From NCBI GenBank assembly GCA_030704615.1, contig CM060733.1:49786001-49850000 (forward strand): a stretch of 64,000 nucleotides of DNA, written 5' to 3'. The notes beneath the pieces were generated by a model. The model was given only the letters and a program-made list of their open reading frames with translations, was not told the origin of the DNA and searched no databases. Of the stretch, positions 36,326 through 49,874 are shown one piece after another; the first letter of the stretch is position 1, and each line of letters starts with the position of its first letter. The position numbers and the translations under genes were made by a program. The DNA is from Takakia lepidozioides (taxonomy: Eukaryota; Plantae; Bryophyta).

Positions 36326-38169
36326 CTACCATGCTTCAATCCAAGGCCTCAAGTCCATTTCATGACTCCATGCAGTTCTGGGCTGCTGATGAATGTGCCA
36401 ATATGTTTCGGCTACATCCTCGGGGGCAACAAATCCCTCTCTCTCGCTCAATAAAGCTGGGTCTGTGACCCTGCCGCGAGTCCAAGTTGTGTCGATGGCC
36501 GCATCAATAATCACATGTACAACATGAATCCCTTTGGGACCTAGCTCACGGCCCATGCTTTGGGCCAATGCCCGGAGACCGAACTTACCACCAGAGAACG
36601 CAGCGAATCCTGAGCCACCTCGAACACTGGCTGTTGTTCCTGTGAAGATGATGGTCCCCTTCTCTTGATCAACCATTCGCTTGGCAACTTCCCGACCCGT
36701 CAGGAACCCGGCGAAACAGGCCATCTCCCACACCTTTCATGATAAGTTAAGGACCATTTGACCCCAAATGTAACACAGTCAATCCATGACTTCAGTCAAA
36801 GTGCACTCTTTTGACAACCTTCATGAAACAAAGCAACAGCCTGCAAAAATTTGAAATCCCGCATGCCTTCCCTGAAATCAATGTAGATCATGCTCAAAAC
36901 CCGACTGGGTTCCATCTGCCTAACTTATAAGACACTTAACCCCAGGAAGAAATCCACAGGTAACTTCAAATCCGTTGGTTGAAAGCAGAATGTCATGGAT
37001 AGATGATCCTTAGCCTGTGGGAGAATCCTCCCTCTTCAAAGCCACATGCAATTGCAGGCAACTAATGTCACAATAAGTCTGGTATGAAACAACAGAGATG
37101 CATGTAGCGAAGCTACCTTTCTGTAGACTCTTGCAGTAGTCTCCAAAATGCTGAAGTTGACGTTGGCCCCAATGTTGAACACCAGCACTGTGATTTCGCC
37201 CACCTCTTGTTCAATCTTCTCCACTGGTGCCACCACCTGCTCTGTATTTATCCAATGGACTAGCTCGTAGTCAGCAACCCCTTCAACGAAATCTAGTGCA
37301 TTGTCCTAAAGAGTCCATATCACAGGTAAGAAAAGTGCTTGAAGTATACCTCCCTGTTCCCATGACCTCTCCAGCCTAGGACAGGGCAACGATGACAAGT
37401 TGCTTGGAAATGCCTCATCAGCTACTATAACTCCACCATTGGTCTCATCCGATAGGACTAACTTGACAGCAGCTCAAATGAATGGGACCTGCAGCTGCTG
37501 ATAATGGTGAATGTGCTGAACACAGACAACATTTGATCAATCCGAGTAACCAAAGAGTCCTAGAAAGCCAACTGCTGTCACATCATTAACAAGGTTCAGA
37601 ACCATAATACCTTCTATGCGAGCATCAATTCCATATGCATATGCTACCCCTCCTTCGCGCATGATTTATTGAGCCAAAAGCTCCAACTTATTAGCATTTC
37701 TTCGCACAATACATGCGACATAGCCCTCTTTCGCGAACCTTTTCGCAATGGCCCCGCCTGTAGCATCTCCAGCTCCCACTACCAGGATCACGGGTCTTTT
37801 TCCAGCAGCTTTCGACTCTCCCACAAATTCCTTCTCCTTCCTATTGGAAACGTCCTCGCTTTTCAAGGGCTGAAAGCCTGCAAAAGTACAGCCTACCATT
37901 AATCACTGAGTAGCACACGAGTATGACGAGTGAGTGCACCCAGTTTGACAAACGTCCAGGGCAGGCAAGGCCTCAGGGACCGTAAACTGTCAATCCTTCG
38001 CTCACATAACGGCGCAAAAAGAAGAGGACTCACCAGACACCAGTGAGGAGGCGATCCCACCAGTGAGCAAGCGATAGTCAGTGTCGACAGATGAGATGAA
38101 ATTCTGAGAATGGTGGGGATGCAGGTGGAGCAAAATCGAGCGGACCCGACGCTCCACCAGGCTTTCCAT
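36326..38169 (-). CDS. Short-chain dehydrogenase/reductase of bacterial atypical type (Phe in place of catalytic Tyr), 4 exons, N-terminal PTS2, in-frame TAA at 37666-37668 (possible pseudogene)
   Basis: VVGAGDATGGAIAKRFAKEG; VLVFNIGANV; WEMACFAGFLTGREVAKRM; FAAFSGGKFGLRALAQSMGRELGPKGIHV; ends DLRPWIEAW. Exons 38169-38034, 37877-37611, ~37243-37117, 36733-36326. Confidence 0.88.
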
Positions 38170-39604
38170 AGCTAACAGCCGTCTGTGTACGAACTACTAA
38201 ACCAAAGTGAAGAACTCACATTACATCACGAAAGAGAAATCCCAGTGCCAAACTTTTAAACTTGAGATCTGCAACTGATAAACTCCATACACTCCTCTAC
38301 AAGATCTGTTCCAGGGCGACCCATACATACATGTACGGCCGCATCGATCTTGATGCCTATTCAGCATTACGATGAGGTCAGCACATGTAAGGCGAGGTTG
38401 CCAGGATATTGATAGGCTGCGCTACCACCGTGACAACGACGACAGATCCTGGCATCATATGTAAGGCCAGATGGGTTGCATCGAGCTAACCCGCCATGGC
38501 AAGGGAAGCTCCCACCACAACTTCCATGAGAAAACTGGACTTAGTAGTTGGCGGCTGAGAAACGTAATCGTTCGTTCAAACTGCGTAAGGATTGTATTTA
38601 CCAAATTTCAAAGCATCGAAAGATGCGGGGACCTGATTTTTCCAGACTCTCTCCACCTCAGTGGGTACCATCACTTCTTGGAAGAAAGAGTCTAGTCTTG
38701 TCAGATTGGGCTGACCTCCCTTCAATAGTACTTCACCAAGAATACAAACATTGGATCACTTTCACTTCACTTTCAATACAGGAGAGGCATGGTTCCTTCG
38801 TTTGTTTCACATTCCCAACTTGCCTTTTCAGGATTCCAGTACTGTGCAATCAAGAGAGTTCTAACCAGAATGCACAGTAGCCTTAAAATGTTGTTGGGCA
38901 GTGGTTCCACCAACAGGGAAACCACATGGGGCCTGTCTCCATCTGTCACTCCTGATATCTTCTTGGGCTGTTTTGCTTCATGCGGTAAATGCTGCTATAA
39001 AGTATCTGAGACTTGCGCTAATTCTGGTTCTGGTCATGACATAGATGGTAAAACCATCCTCAGACTGCAACCAAACCTGCCAGTGCCATTATATATTTCT
39101 GAGAAGTTCGTCACTTCTTAATACTTTCTATTTGGCCTCAGGTTTTATGGTAAATTGGGGTGAATCAGAAGGTATTCTCGCTCTCCCATCCTGCTGGCTC
39201 TGCGCATCATTATCCCTCCCTGGGCAATATTGGGGTCTCCAGTGGCTTCAGATTGGTCAATCTCACTCTTGGGCACCAAATGGTCCTGGGTTATCTGAGA
39301 CAATCAGGTTTGGCCCTGTGGTTCAAAGACAGAAATTCAAGTGCACCAATCAGAATTTGCAATTTGATTCCAAAATGACTTCAACAGAGGTAGCTAACTC
39401 TCCTATTTGGAACAGCGGTGGATTAAAATGGAGATAATAAATATTGACTTCCACAGTGAAGTCATGGAACAGATTGTGTTTCAACTTCTCAGTAGAGATC
39501 AGATTGCATCTTTACACTGGAATCCTTGCTCACAAAAATGAAGACCTTTTCTGCCCCCCACAATTAAAAAAGCCAGGTTTCCATCCATGGATTGACAAGT
39601 AATC

Positions 39605-41734
39605 CTCACAAAAGAAATCCCATCTTGGCAGCGGTGAAAACGGTTAGCATCCACGTACCAAACTTTCTCACTGAGATGAACTTGGTGGCAGCACGGCAGT
39701 CACCGAACACTCGAAGATCTTGACACGGACAGGCATTCCAAGGGGGGTGCTTATGAACCCAAATCGAATGGCAAAGGGAAATGTTTTGCACTTCCTCCAC
39801 ATCATGCAATACAAAGCCTGTGTCAGGCACATACTGTGCCTCCTTCATCCGTCGAGACAATCTCTTCAGCCTGCTCACAGGATGGAATTTGTCTTCTACA
39901 GCAAATACACCCAGTTGTCCACATCGATCCAGCTCACCCTGGCTCCTTCTGATACCTCCATCGATCTTTGCTGGAGTTCCCCATCTGCCGATAACAGAAC
40001 CTAACGTGAAGCATGCTCTGCTTCCCATTTGAGAAGGGATTTTGTTGCTTGTTCTGCTAGCTCCACATTGCCATGAATTCTGCAGGCACCAAGCAAAGCC
40101 CCCCAAATCCCAGCATGTGGTTCAATTGGCATTTTGTTAATGAAGTCCTGTGCTTCGTCCAATTGCCCTGCACGGCCAAGAAGGTCCACCATGCAGCCAA
40201 AATGCTCCAGTGTTGGAGTGATGCCATGATCTCAACTAATGGAATCAAAGTAGTGATGGCCTTCATCCACTAGTCCCACATGGCTACATGCAGAAAGAAG
40301 ACTTATAAACGAGATACTGTCCGGCTTAAAGCCTCCCTGTTGCATTTGTTCAAATACTTCGAGAGCCTCCCTACCACACCCATGATGAGCATAGGCAGCA
40401 ATCATCGCATTCCACGAGTCCACATATTGTTCAGCCATATTGTCGAAAACTTGGCAGGCATCCTTCATGCTACCACATCTGGCACACATGTTAGCAAGGG
40501 CATTCTCCAAAATGGTATCCTGTGCAATTCCAGCTTTGACAATGTCACCATGGACTTCACAACCCTTTTCTAGGGCTGCCAGGCTGGCACATGCATTGAG
40601 AACACATATGAACGTGACCTTGTCAGGCGTCACCCCTTCCTTTTTCATTTGTTCATAGATATCCAAAGCCTCCCTACCACACCCATGCTGAGCATAGCCT
40701 GCCATCATCGCATTCCACGAGACCATGTTTCGTTGAGCCATATTGTCGAACACTTGACGTGCATCTTTTACACTCCCACATTTGGCATACATGTCAGTAA
40801 GGGCAGTCCCCAAAATGATATCTGGCACAATGCCAAGTTTAAAGATGTGTGCATGCACCTCTTTGCCCTTCTCCAGAGCTGCCAGGCTGGCACATGCCTT
40901 GAGAACACAAATGAATGTGATCGTGTTGGGTGTCACCCCTTCTTGTATCATTTGCTCATAGATCTCGAAAGCCTCCATACCAAATCCATGCTGGGTATAC
41001 CCTGCAATCATCGCACTCCATGAGACCACATTTCGTTGCGCCATATTGTCGAATACTTCACGTGCATCCTTTATGCTGCCGCATTTGGCATACATGTCAA
41101 CGAGGACAGTCTCCATGATAATATCTGGCACAATTCTAGCTTTAATGATGTCAGCATGGACCCCTTTGCCTATTTCCAGGGCTGCCAGGCTGGCACACGC
41201 CTTTAGAATGCAAATGAAGGTGACCCTGTTGGGTGTCACCCCTTCCCTTATCATCTGCTCATATATCTGGAGAGCCTCCCTACCACACCCATGCTTGGCA
41301 TATCCTCCCATCATGACAGTCCAGGTAACCAAAGTTCGTCTAGGCATTTTGTCAAACATGTGGCGCGCATTCACCAAACTCCCGCACTTGGCATACATGT
41401 TGACAAGAAAATTGAGTAGAAAGGTGCTTGGCTTAAACCCACTTCTGATAATGTAGGCGTGCACCTGCTTTCCTGTCTCTAGGTCTTTCATTATGCCACA
41501 CTTCTGCAAGAGACAGGCATAAGTATCGGAGTCTGCCCAAGTGCCTTGTTGGTTCAACATCTGCATTGCAGCTTTCAGCTGTCCTGCCTTACAGAGCATC
41601 CTCACATCCCCACAAATGCCAGAAAAGTTTTTGTTGTCTCCCTCTCTTGATCCTCTTTTAAAAGCAGTGGTCATAGTGGAAGTACCTGATTCTAACAACT
41701 GTGGATGCTCGAACCCTGACATCCTGCATGACAT
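39605..41734 (-). pseudogene. PLS-class PPR gene with premature stop and decayed E/DYW domain
   Basis: 500-aa P-L-S array ends at TGA 40232-40234. The same frame then continues [22 protein letters not shown]. Downstream DYW remnants are frameshifted (YVPDTGFVLHDVEE, LRVFGDCRAATKFIS). Confidence 0.88.
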
Positions 41735-42804
41735 AATTTTATACTATTATGCTTTATTGTCAGACTCAAATAGTACATATTACAGCTCCTTCACATTCCG
41801 AAGAAAGATCTCAACCAGACAGTACCACTGCAGTCATCTATTTCGAGGGAAAACTGTACCAATCTGTCGGCTTGAGTTGTAATTCCATCACCAATAGCCA
41901 TTATGTTCTTGACCTGGAGCTCCATGGGGTGCATCGGTATTAGCATCAGAATGTGACATGGCACACGTAGCTCTTCTTTCACCCAAGAAGAGTTTGACTG
42001 ACTCTCAGTCCCAAGAATCCTTGTTTGTGCGCTTATGGGCTCAAGTGTGGTAATACTGGAATTTTCTGTAAAAACCACCAGTGGCTAGCTGAGCAGCATA
42101 CTTTCACCGACAGCCTGGATTAAGGCCAGGAACAACTACCAAATCTCCAAGCATCTTTCAAATACAATGTCGCAGGGTACTTTCTAACACCTACTGATGA
42201 AAGTGGCAGAACCCATTTTGCTCCATTTTGCTGCATTGTGCAAGGACCCAAAAATTGTCATTGATGTAAGAGCTGAGGATAGAATCCAGTTCAAAAGAAC
42301 ACAGCTTCAGTGGCAGACCTCATTGACAGAAACTATCATGTCCATAATGATGATGAAACAGAAACTGGTACCACGGGATGAGAATCACGAAGCTCGAGTT
42401 GTTTACCCTTTAGATTTCTCACTGCAAGACATTGACTGGAACCGATTGCTCCCGTCCTTCTTCCAAGAACATACAAATGTTACATAATTCAACGGAAACT
42501 GAGTGACAATTACCAAGCTCTGCTTGAATTCTGACTTGCGAGATAGTTTCATACTTCCTTTGCCCAGAAAACGAAAATGCCATGATGGTATCAGAGAATT
42601 ATGGGTTTGGGAGATACCGAAGAGACGAGATTACGTCTACTTGGCAATCACAATCTAGTGAAAGCCGAGAACCAAAGGATCAATCTACCGTATAATCGCA
42701 GACGCTTGCCCAACAACGCACTCAAAAGACAAACCCGAGTCTGTGTAAACAACTCCAGCTACCTACCAATACGTTAGCTAACGTCTGGCGGCATGCGTTA
42801 GTTA

Positions 42805-45800
42805 CCGTGATAAAACCTTTGCCAGGGTTTTAGGGTTGGTTTCTGCTAGGGTTTATGATCAGGGTTTTGAGGTTTTGAGAGAGGGAGAAGGAGATGGTGG
42901 GGGGAAGGGGCTTGGGGGGAAAGAATGGAGGAAGGTAGCAGAGAAGAGGGATTTCAAGACCGGACAGAGGGGAATCTTCCCCGTAACCATAGCCTACAAG
43001 CTATCTAAAGAGATGAGAAAACCGAGAAAGGAGAAGACAGATGGTGTAACAAGATGAGAAGAGGGGAGAAGAGTGCCAAAGAGAATGTTGATAAGCAGCA
43101 AAATTATCCAAGCCTAGAGTGAGGATGGACGAGAATGCCACAATGTAAGTACCCTGACTGGAAACAGGAACCAGGCTGCAGATAATGGCAACTGCTACGT
43201 ACTAGAAACGCAGCTGTGTTCTAAACTTTGTGACGTGAACCTTTTTGTGCCTCCAGTTGAAGTCCCCGTCATCTCTATCACCAGGAGACATCCCAAGCAG
43301 TGGGAGTGGTGACTTGCCAACAAAACCGCATGACAGGTAGATAGGTCATTTTTGCCCTAGGACTGTTGAAAATCATCGAGCAGCTGCCTCCTGCGTTGTT
43401 CTGAAGATCTGGAAACAGCTGCACACAAAATGTTCCAAGCTTTTCTCCCCTCAGTAAGCAGGTCTTGGTATCTGCAGAAGAGCACGGACCAAACTTTGGC
43501 AGGGAAGGGGCAGTCTACTAGACAATGCTCTATGGACTCTGGCTGGGCCATGCACAAACAACAGTTAGCATTGTTGTTGAGAGTCCTAGCATTTACCGGA
43601 AGAATTCTATGAGCTAGTTTCCACAAAAATGCAGAGATTTTAGCAGCCCTTTGTTTCTTCCATATATCCTTCCATATCGAGTCCCAATCACCCTGCGTCA
43701 AATTCAGATGCCTCCATTTTTCACTCCATCTAGAAAATAAAGAAGTAGTTGGCCTCAAGAGGGAATAATCTAACTTGACCTTGTAAGCAAAGAAAGGGGA
43801 GTGGTTGTCGTCAGCCCAGCTCCACTCCCCTGGGTCAAACTGAAGAGAAGCCAGGGGGTAGTTCAGGAACCAGGTGAGGTCCGAATGCAAGGCCCATTGC
43901 ATTTCATGTCCTGCCGGGGGGGTTGGGTTGGGGTTGCCCTTTCCATCCACTACTCTAATGGGATACATGTGTTGCTTATGGATATCAAGCGAGCCCGTGA
44001 TTCCCAAGCTTCCTTCACAATCTGCCAAGAACGCAATTCCCGAGGCAAGGTGGTCATGTAAGGAGAGCACAAGCAGGGCTGTGTTACCATTGCCGTTTGA
44101 TGAAGCCATCCAAGCTGGCAAAGACCCCAAGTCTTCTCCAGTTCTGAGCAGAGGGGACATGTAGTCCGGAAGTGCCTGCAGCAAGGATGGCCAGGCTCTG
44201 GCACGTCTGGTACCCACCAATTGTGCCGTTGTAGCTGCGGGCAAAGACTCATTCTGCTCCCAAGCAACCCCCACATGCGTGAAACCAGCAGATTCCAAGA
44301 ATCCCCACTTGGGAAGTGACAACACCTCTGAATTCATGATGGAATTCCAAAATAGGGGATGTCTAAGTGTTTCTGCGAAGCTTACTGGAGGTCTTTGGAT
44401 CAGCTTGCCTTTTATGGATTGCCAAGCTGCCCGGATTGATTGCCAAGGACGGGATCCGAGCTGCACATAAGCATTTTCCCTTGCACAATCCAACGCAGAG
44501 AGTGAGCCCCCGGGGGAAGAAGAGGGTATTGCCCCCATTAAATATGGCTGGATTAGCTTACTCTAGGGGCTATGTCGGTGATTGATAGTTCTAGGAATTC
44601 ACTTGGCCAGTAGGGCCTTTATTTGCGTCGCTGGGTCCAAAAGGCCTAGCCCTCCTTTTTTTTTCGGTTGACAGAGCTGCTCCCAGGAAATCAGAGCCCT
44701 TTTAACTTGGGAGTGCGAGGATGCACCCCATATGAAATTTTGAATGAGTGCTCTAATCTCCTTTACCATGATTTTTCCTGGATCCCATATAGCTGCAGAG
44801 AACCAGCAAGATGCGAGAAGCACCTGGTTTGCCACCAGTGCTCTTCCAGCAATGGATAGCATGGAGGAGCACCAATGTGCCAAAGATCTTTTCAGCCCAG
44901 AGATTACTTTTTGCATTCTACTTTGTTGGGACAAGCCAAGTCCAATCTGCTGGCCCAACAGAGTGTGTGATTCCCCAGCCCCTAGTCATTGCAGCCCAAT
45001 ATCTTGCCCCCATGGATTATAGTGAGTCGTAGCCTGACTATTCAAAACTGAGAGGAGACCCATGGACTTCCTCTAGTTGATTTTCAAGCCCAAGCCTAGG
45101 CAAAAAACTTGCAAGGCTTGAAGAGCACGGTCGATGTTGTCACGGGTCGAATTGTCCAGCAGAAAGGATGTGTCATCGGCATACATTGAGAGCTTAACCA
45201 TTTCTGGCACATGGGTAGGTAAATGAAGGCCCACAATGTTATGTATAGCCTCAAACAAATGTCCAAGTGAATCTGCAGCAATTAAGAATAGGAATGGTGC
45301 CAAGGGACATCATTGCCTCACCGACCTGGAAATAGGAAAAGATTGGGATATCACGCCATTCACCATCACCCTGCTAGAGGCAGACTGCAATAGTATTCGA
45401 ACCCAAGACATAAAGTGGCCTTCCAAACCCGATTTTTCTAAAGCAGCCAAGAGAAAAGTCCAGTCAATAGAATCAAAAGTTTTTTCAAAATCAAGCATCA
45501 GGAAAGCAAGTTGCTGGTTGTTCAAGGTGGCTATGTGCAATGCCTCATGGGCCAAAAGAATGTTGTCCAATATCATACGGTCTTTGAGGAATCCAGTTTG
45601 CTCCTTTCTGATAATTTTCGGGAGCAAAGGTTGAATCCTCAAAACTAAAGCCTTGGCAATGATTTGTAAGAAGAATTGAGTAAGGTTATGGGGCGGTAGT
45701 TAACCACATTGTCCCTTTCTCCTTTCTTGTAAATCAATGTGACAAGGCCCTCTAAAATCTGCGAGGGCATCGCTTGTTTGAGGAGGATGTCATTGGCCAT

Positions 45801-48800
45801 GGCAAGAAAGTCATCCCCTATGGTTTGCCACAAAGCTTTAAACAATTCAACAGGCAGCCCATCTATACCTGGACTTTTGAAGGATGTCAGGGTGTCCGCC
45901 GCCTTTCCAAGCTCTTCCATAGTGAAAGGTTCTGCCATCCTTATCTTGTCAGCAGCAGAGAGAGAGCATGGAATGTTTCAGAGGAGAGCATTTCTTGCCT
46001 CTTCCACCAAGGGAGTATGGTCTCTCTTTTGGAAGAGCTGTCTGAAAAAATCAGCAGCAATGCTGGACATCTTTTTCAGGACAGCAGTTGAAGTACCCGA
46101 TGCATCACGCAGGGAGGGGATCAGAGTAGAAGCACGGCGTTGGGCTGCTTTAGCAAAGAAGTATTTTGTCATTTTTTCTCCCTTTAGTGACTAGTTGACG
46201 CCAGCCTTTATCCTAATGAACTGCTCCCTTGAGTTTAATAACACCGATAGGTTTCTCTTTGCAGTTTTGTAAGAGATGAGGGTTTGGGGGTCATCCCTTC
46301 CCTCTTGCAGTTGAGATTGGCAAACAAGAAGACATTTAGTCAGGGCTTTCTCTCTTCTGGCAGATTCCTCAGCTTTCTTCCGGGACAGTTCCAGGCAAGT
46401 GCCTCTCAAAATCCGAAGCTTAGAGAGAAAAAGGAGGGTAGGGGAGGAGAAGGGGAGGTCAGCAGAGGACCAAACCCTTTGGAGCAAGAGAATAACCTCT
46501 GGGTCTTTAAATAATGCAGGGTTTAGTTTGAAAAAAGCCCTAGCCTTGACTCTGGACCCAGGGGTGTGGGGATCTAGCTGGATATTAGAGTGGTCAAACC
46601 TTGGAGGAATTGGATTAATAGCTTTTCTCACAAACCAATTCAACAGATGAGTAGAGCAGTAAAACCTATCAAGCCGAGCAAGAGAGGGGTTGGGAGGGCG
46701 CTCTCTATTGTTAGCCCATGTGAATCTTAGCTCACCTTTTGTCGGGTGGGAAGCATCCTCAGATCCAATGCCTCTTATGTTCCAGCTGGTTAGGGAGCAA
46801 TTCATGGTACCTGTGGTAGCAGGCCCGCGGTGATCCCACGATTTGATGGCCAGGCAGGAAGGAACCTGAATTTGGTTCTTTTATCAAGGGGCTGAAGCGT
46901 GTAGATCCACTTAAAGCCAACCGGGGGGGGGGATAAGCGGGATATTCCACAAATACACTTGCCTAGACCTCTTCCTTTTGTTAATGCAATGTATTTCCAT
47001 GAATTGGTTCCTGGTATCTTTGAACATTGACAGATTTGCCAAGGTAAGATTCCAGGATAAAATTGAAGAGAGAAGGCCAACAAAGGTATCAGAAAGAAGA
47101 GAAAAAGAGGCATCGTTCCATCCTGGCAGGACCTTGTTTTCCATGGGTTGGTGTTCCACGACCAGCATCCAACCTCTTTTTAGATTGGTATTGTCTGGAA
47201 CAAAGAAAACAAGAGGAGCGTAAGCACGAGGAAACATGCTTACCGCAGGTGGCGAGTTTACAGTATCCTCCGGCTACATTGCCTCGGTGATGTCCTTGTG
47301 TGCCCCATTGGAGGAGAGCACCATGTCTGTGTTGTTGTATATCACCAACTTGTCGTTGCTGATGGGCTCCACACTCCCGCCTCCCTCCACTGCCTGCGTT
47401 GCCAAGCCTTGGAGCTTCTGTAAACTTGCCAGTTCTGCTACCATTCGAATACCTTCTTCCTTGATTAGGGAGCTGCGTGCCCAGGCATTAGGGTCGTTGA
47501 CCCTACAAGACAAGCCAAATTTGTCCACCCATACCCCATTGATAGGCTTGTCCGAGGCCTGCCCCAAGTCGGTAGCATGGAAGATTGGGAGCACATGTAT
47601 AACCGCTAAATTGACAAGGGCAGCGTTGTTCTCTACCATGATACCTATGTCATGAATGTGAGATAGAGATAGAAATATATGGGGATATAGTGATATCCTT
47701 CACACTTCCGACCCCCAAATCCTTGGCCAGGGGCTCAGAAACCTATGCAGAGCGGAAACCCTCCCCGTCCTTTGGCAAGCAAAAATTTGTGTAATCGTCA
47801 GAAAGGGTGTAAACCAAAGGAGTTACACAAATAGCTGCCCTATCTCGCGCATATGCTGATCCGGGGGCCCATCCATTGAGAGGCTTTCTGGTGAAAGTGT
47901 GCAGTTCCAAGAAAGCAATTGCCAGACTTGTGCTATCCAAAAATTGCAGCTCCTCCTCAGAGAAAGGAAAAGATGCCCAAGCGTCCTTCACTCTGACATG
48001 ATGTAGATCATACGGGTGGTTTGGGTGTATCCATGACCCGGACTTCTCTCCATTTCTCTTCCTTTTTTTAGAAGTCTGACCCTGATGAGGGACCTCCACG
48101 TCTAATTCCGTGGTGACTGGAGCGTGAGTGGCCTGAGCAGCAGTCTTGTATGAGGAGCCAACTACTTGTGTCTGTGGAAAGGGGTGTTTGGCGTCGTCGG
48201 AGGCGTTTTGTCTGTTGATTCTAGGACAGTTGGATCGCACATGACCTTCACCGTTGCAACCAAAGCAAATCGTGGAGATGAGCTCCTCGCGGATAGCTAC
48301 CACGATGTATGAATCATCTAACGTTGGCAACTTGATGGACGAGCCTATTGGGTTAGTTTCCGGCATCAGAACAACCAACTTGGGCACGCCGTTGTCTCCG
48401 GTGAAGTCAATGCAAGCAGCTTCTGTGTCCACGCTTTTGATGGTATCTTGAAGAGGCTCGAACACGTTCAGAGAGCCGATGAAAGTGCCGAAGCTGGCCC
48501 CTATTTCAGGGAGAGAAGAGAGATATATGGCAGGCAAGAAAGGGATTGCAATAACCCTCGGTTTCCAGAGCACTCCTTGTTTGTGACCCCAGTCATGGGT
48601 CCAGGGGAAAATGAAAACCTTGGCTGCTGACATTTGTGTGTTGAACTTGAGAGCCGATTCTGCTTCGGCTGAGTTGCAGAATAGAACCAGGTAGAAACCT
48701 CTGCCCATGGAAAGGCAGAAGTGCTGGTCGAGTCCTCCCTCCGCTCCAATGTGTTTCATGATCCACGTGCGGATCCACTTCCTAGCTCTAAGCTTCCCAG

Positions 48801-49874
48801 GGAAGTAGAGGAGAATTCCTCTATGAGTGAGTTTTTCTGCTTGCACCTTGAGCTTTTCCTTGTCAAGTGCTAACACTAGTTGCTCATTGGTTTGTTGTGG
48901 AATGGAGTCCTCCCATACCCCCTCATCTTCCGTGGATGAGTGGTCAATGATCGGTGGGGTCGGGCCTTTGCCCAAGATTGAATCGCCCGTACCATTGGAG
49001 GTAGAGTAGTTCTTAGTGATCCATTTTGACTTCCCCTTATTCATCGCAAGTGCAGATCCTGGGCAAATCGATGATCCCCCCCCCCTGTTTCCTCGCTTGC
49101 TAGCTGTACCCCTGGCAGTCATGGCTTCAGATTTTGAGGAGAAGAGCAGACTACACCTGTAGTATGCAACAGACGGTCACTCACCTCACCCCACACCCCC
49201 CAATTTCACAGTAAGAAGACACTTGTGTAGGGTATGGAAGAGACAGCTTGGAACAAGCAACAGAGCGGAGGCTAGAGGTAGAAACGTGTGATCGAGATGC
49301 AAGACTACACAATCTGTCACCTTTCAAGAAGCGGCAGGGAAGATGATTAAGAGTAACTGCAGTAAAGGGAGATGGGGGAGCGCTCTTAGAAATATGAGGC
49401 CACTTGCAGCTTGGAATCCTGAGCGGGAAAAGGAATCATGTCAAAGCCGCGTTTGCAGTCAAGAAATTAAAGCTGAGCAGAGGCGAGCTCACTTCAAGTC
49501 AAGAGTTTAGGGGGTGATGATCACTTCTCTTCATCTCCCAGCCACAATGCAGGCAGGCGCGTTATGGAGGGCATTCCAAAGTAAACCGCGCAGGCATTGC
49601 AAACATGAACGCAGCTAACAAAGAGACAAGTTTCTTGTAGACTTTTAGCTGGAGATAGCAGGGGACTTAATGAAATTACAGAGCAGTCAGAGGAGGCAGG
49701 TTTAGCATGGAGAATGGGCTGTCAATGTTGCTTGCACGGGGAATCGCGCCACAGCTTAGTGAAGACGACCCATAATTGGAGGATTGGGAAGAGCTCCCGG
49801 ATGATAGATGGAAGAGAAAGGTTGCCCGGAGTAGAGAGAGAAGTGGAGGAGTTGGGGGAAGAGTTTCGTTAGTT
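42805..49874 (-). mobile_element. Full-length but decayed L1-clade LINE (~7.1 kb)
   Basis: ORF1 49122-47743 with zinc knuckle CFGCNGEGHVRSNC. ORF2 fragments: SWNIRG, RLDRFY, KSPGIDG, NYRPITLLN, DFEKTFDS, MYADD, SWEQLCQPKKKGGLG, CCLC..ESIEHCLVDC. Candidate 9-bp TSD CGTTAGTTA at 42796-42804 and 49875-49883. Confidence 0.88.

Noticed and set aside
37666-37668. U-to-C editing to repair the SDR stop
   Set aside because: Reverse editing is an organellar process, and this is an intron-containing nuclear gene.
38471-39437. Overlapping plus-strand ORFs
   Set aside because: No domain signal; likely random ORFs.
40280-41456. Plus-strand ORFs over the PPR genes (also 61263-63433)
   Set aside because: Antisense shadows of repetitive PPR coding sequence.
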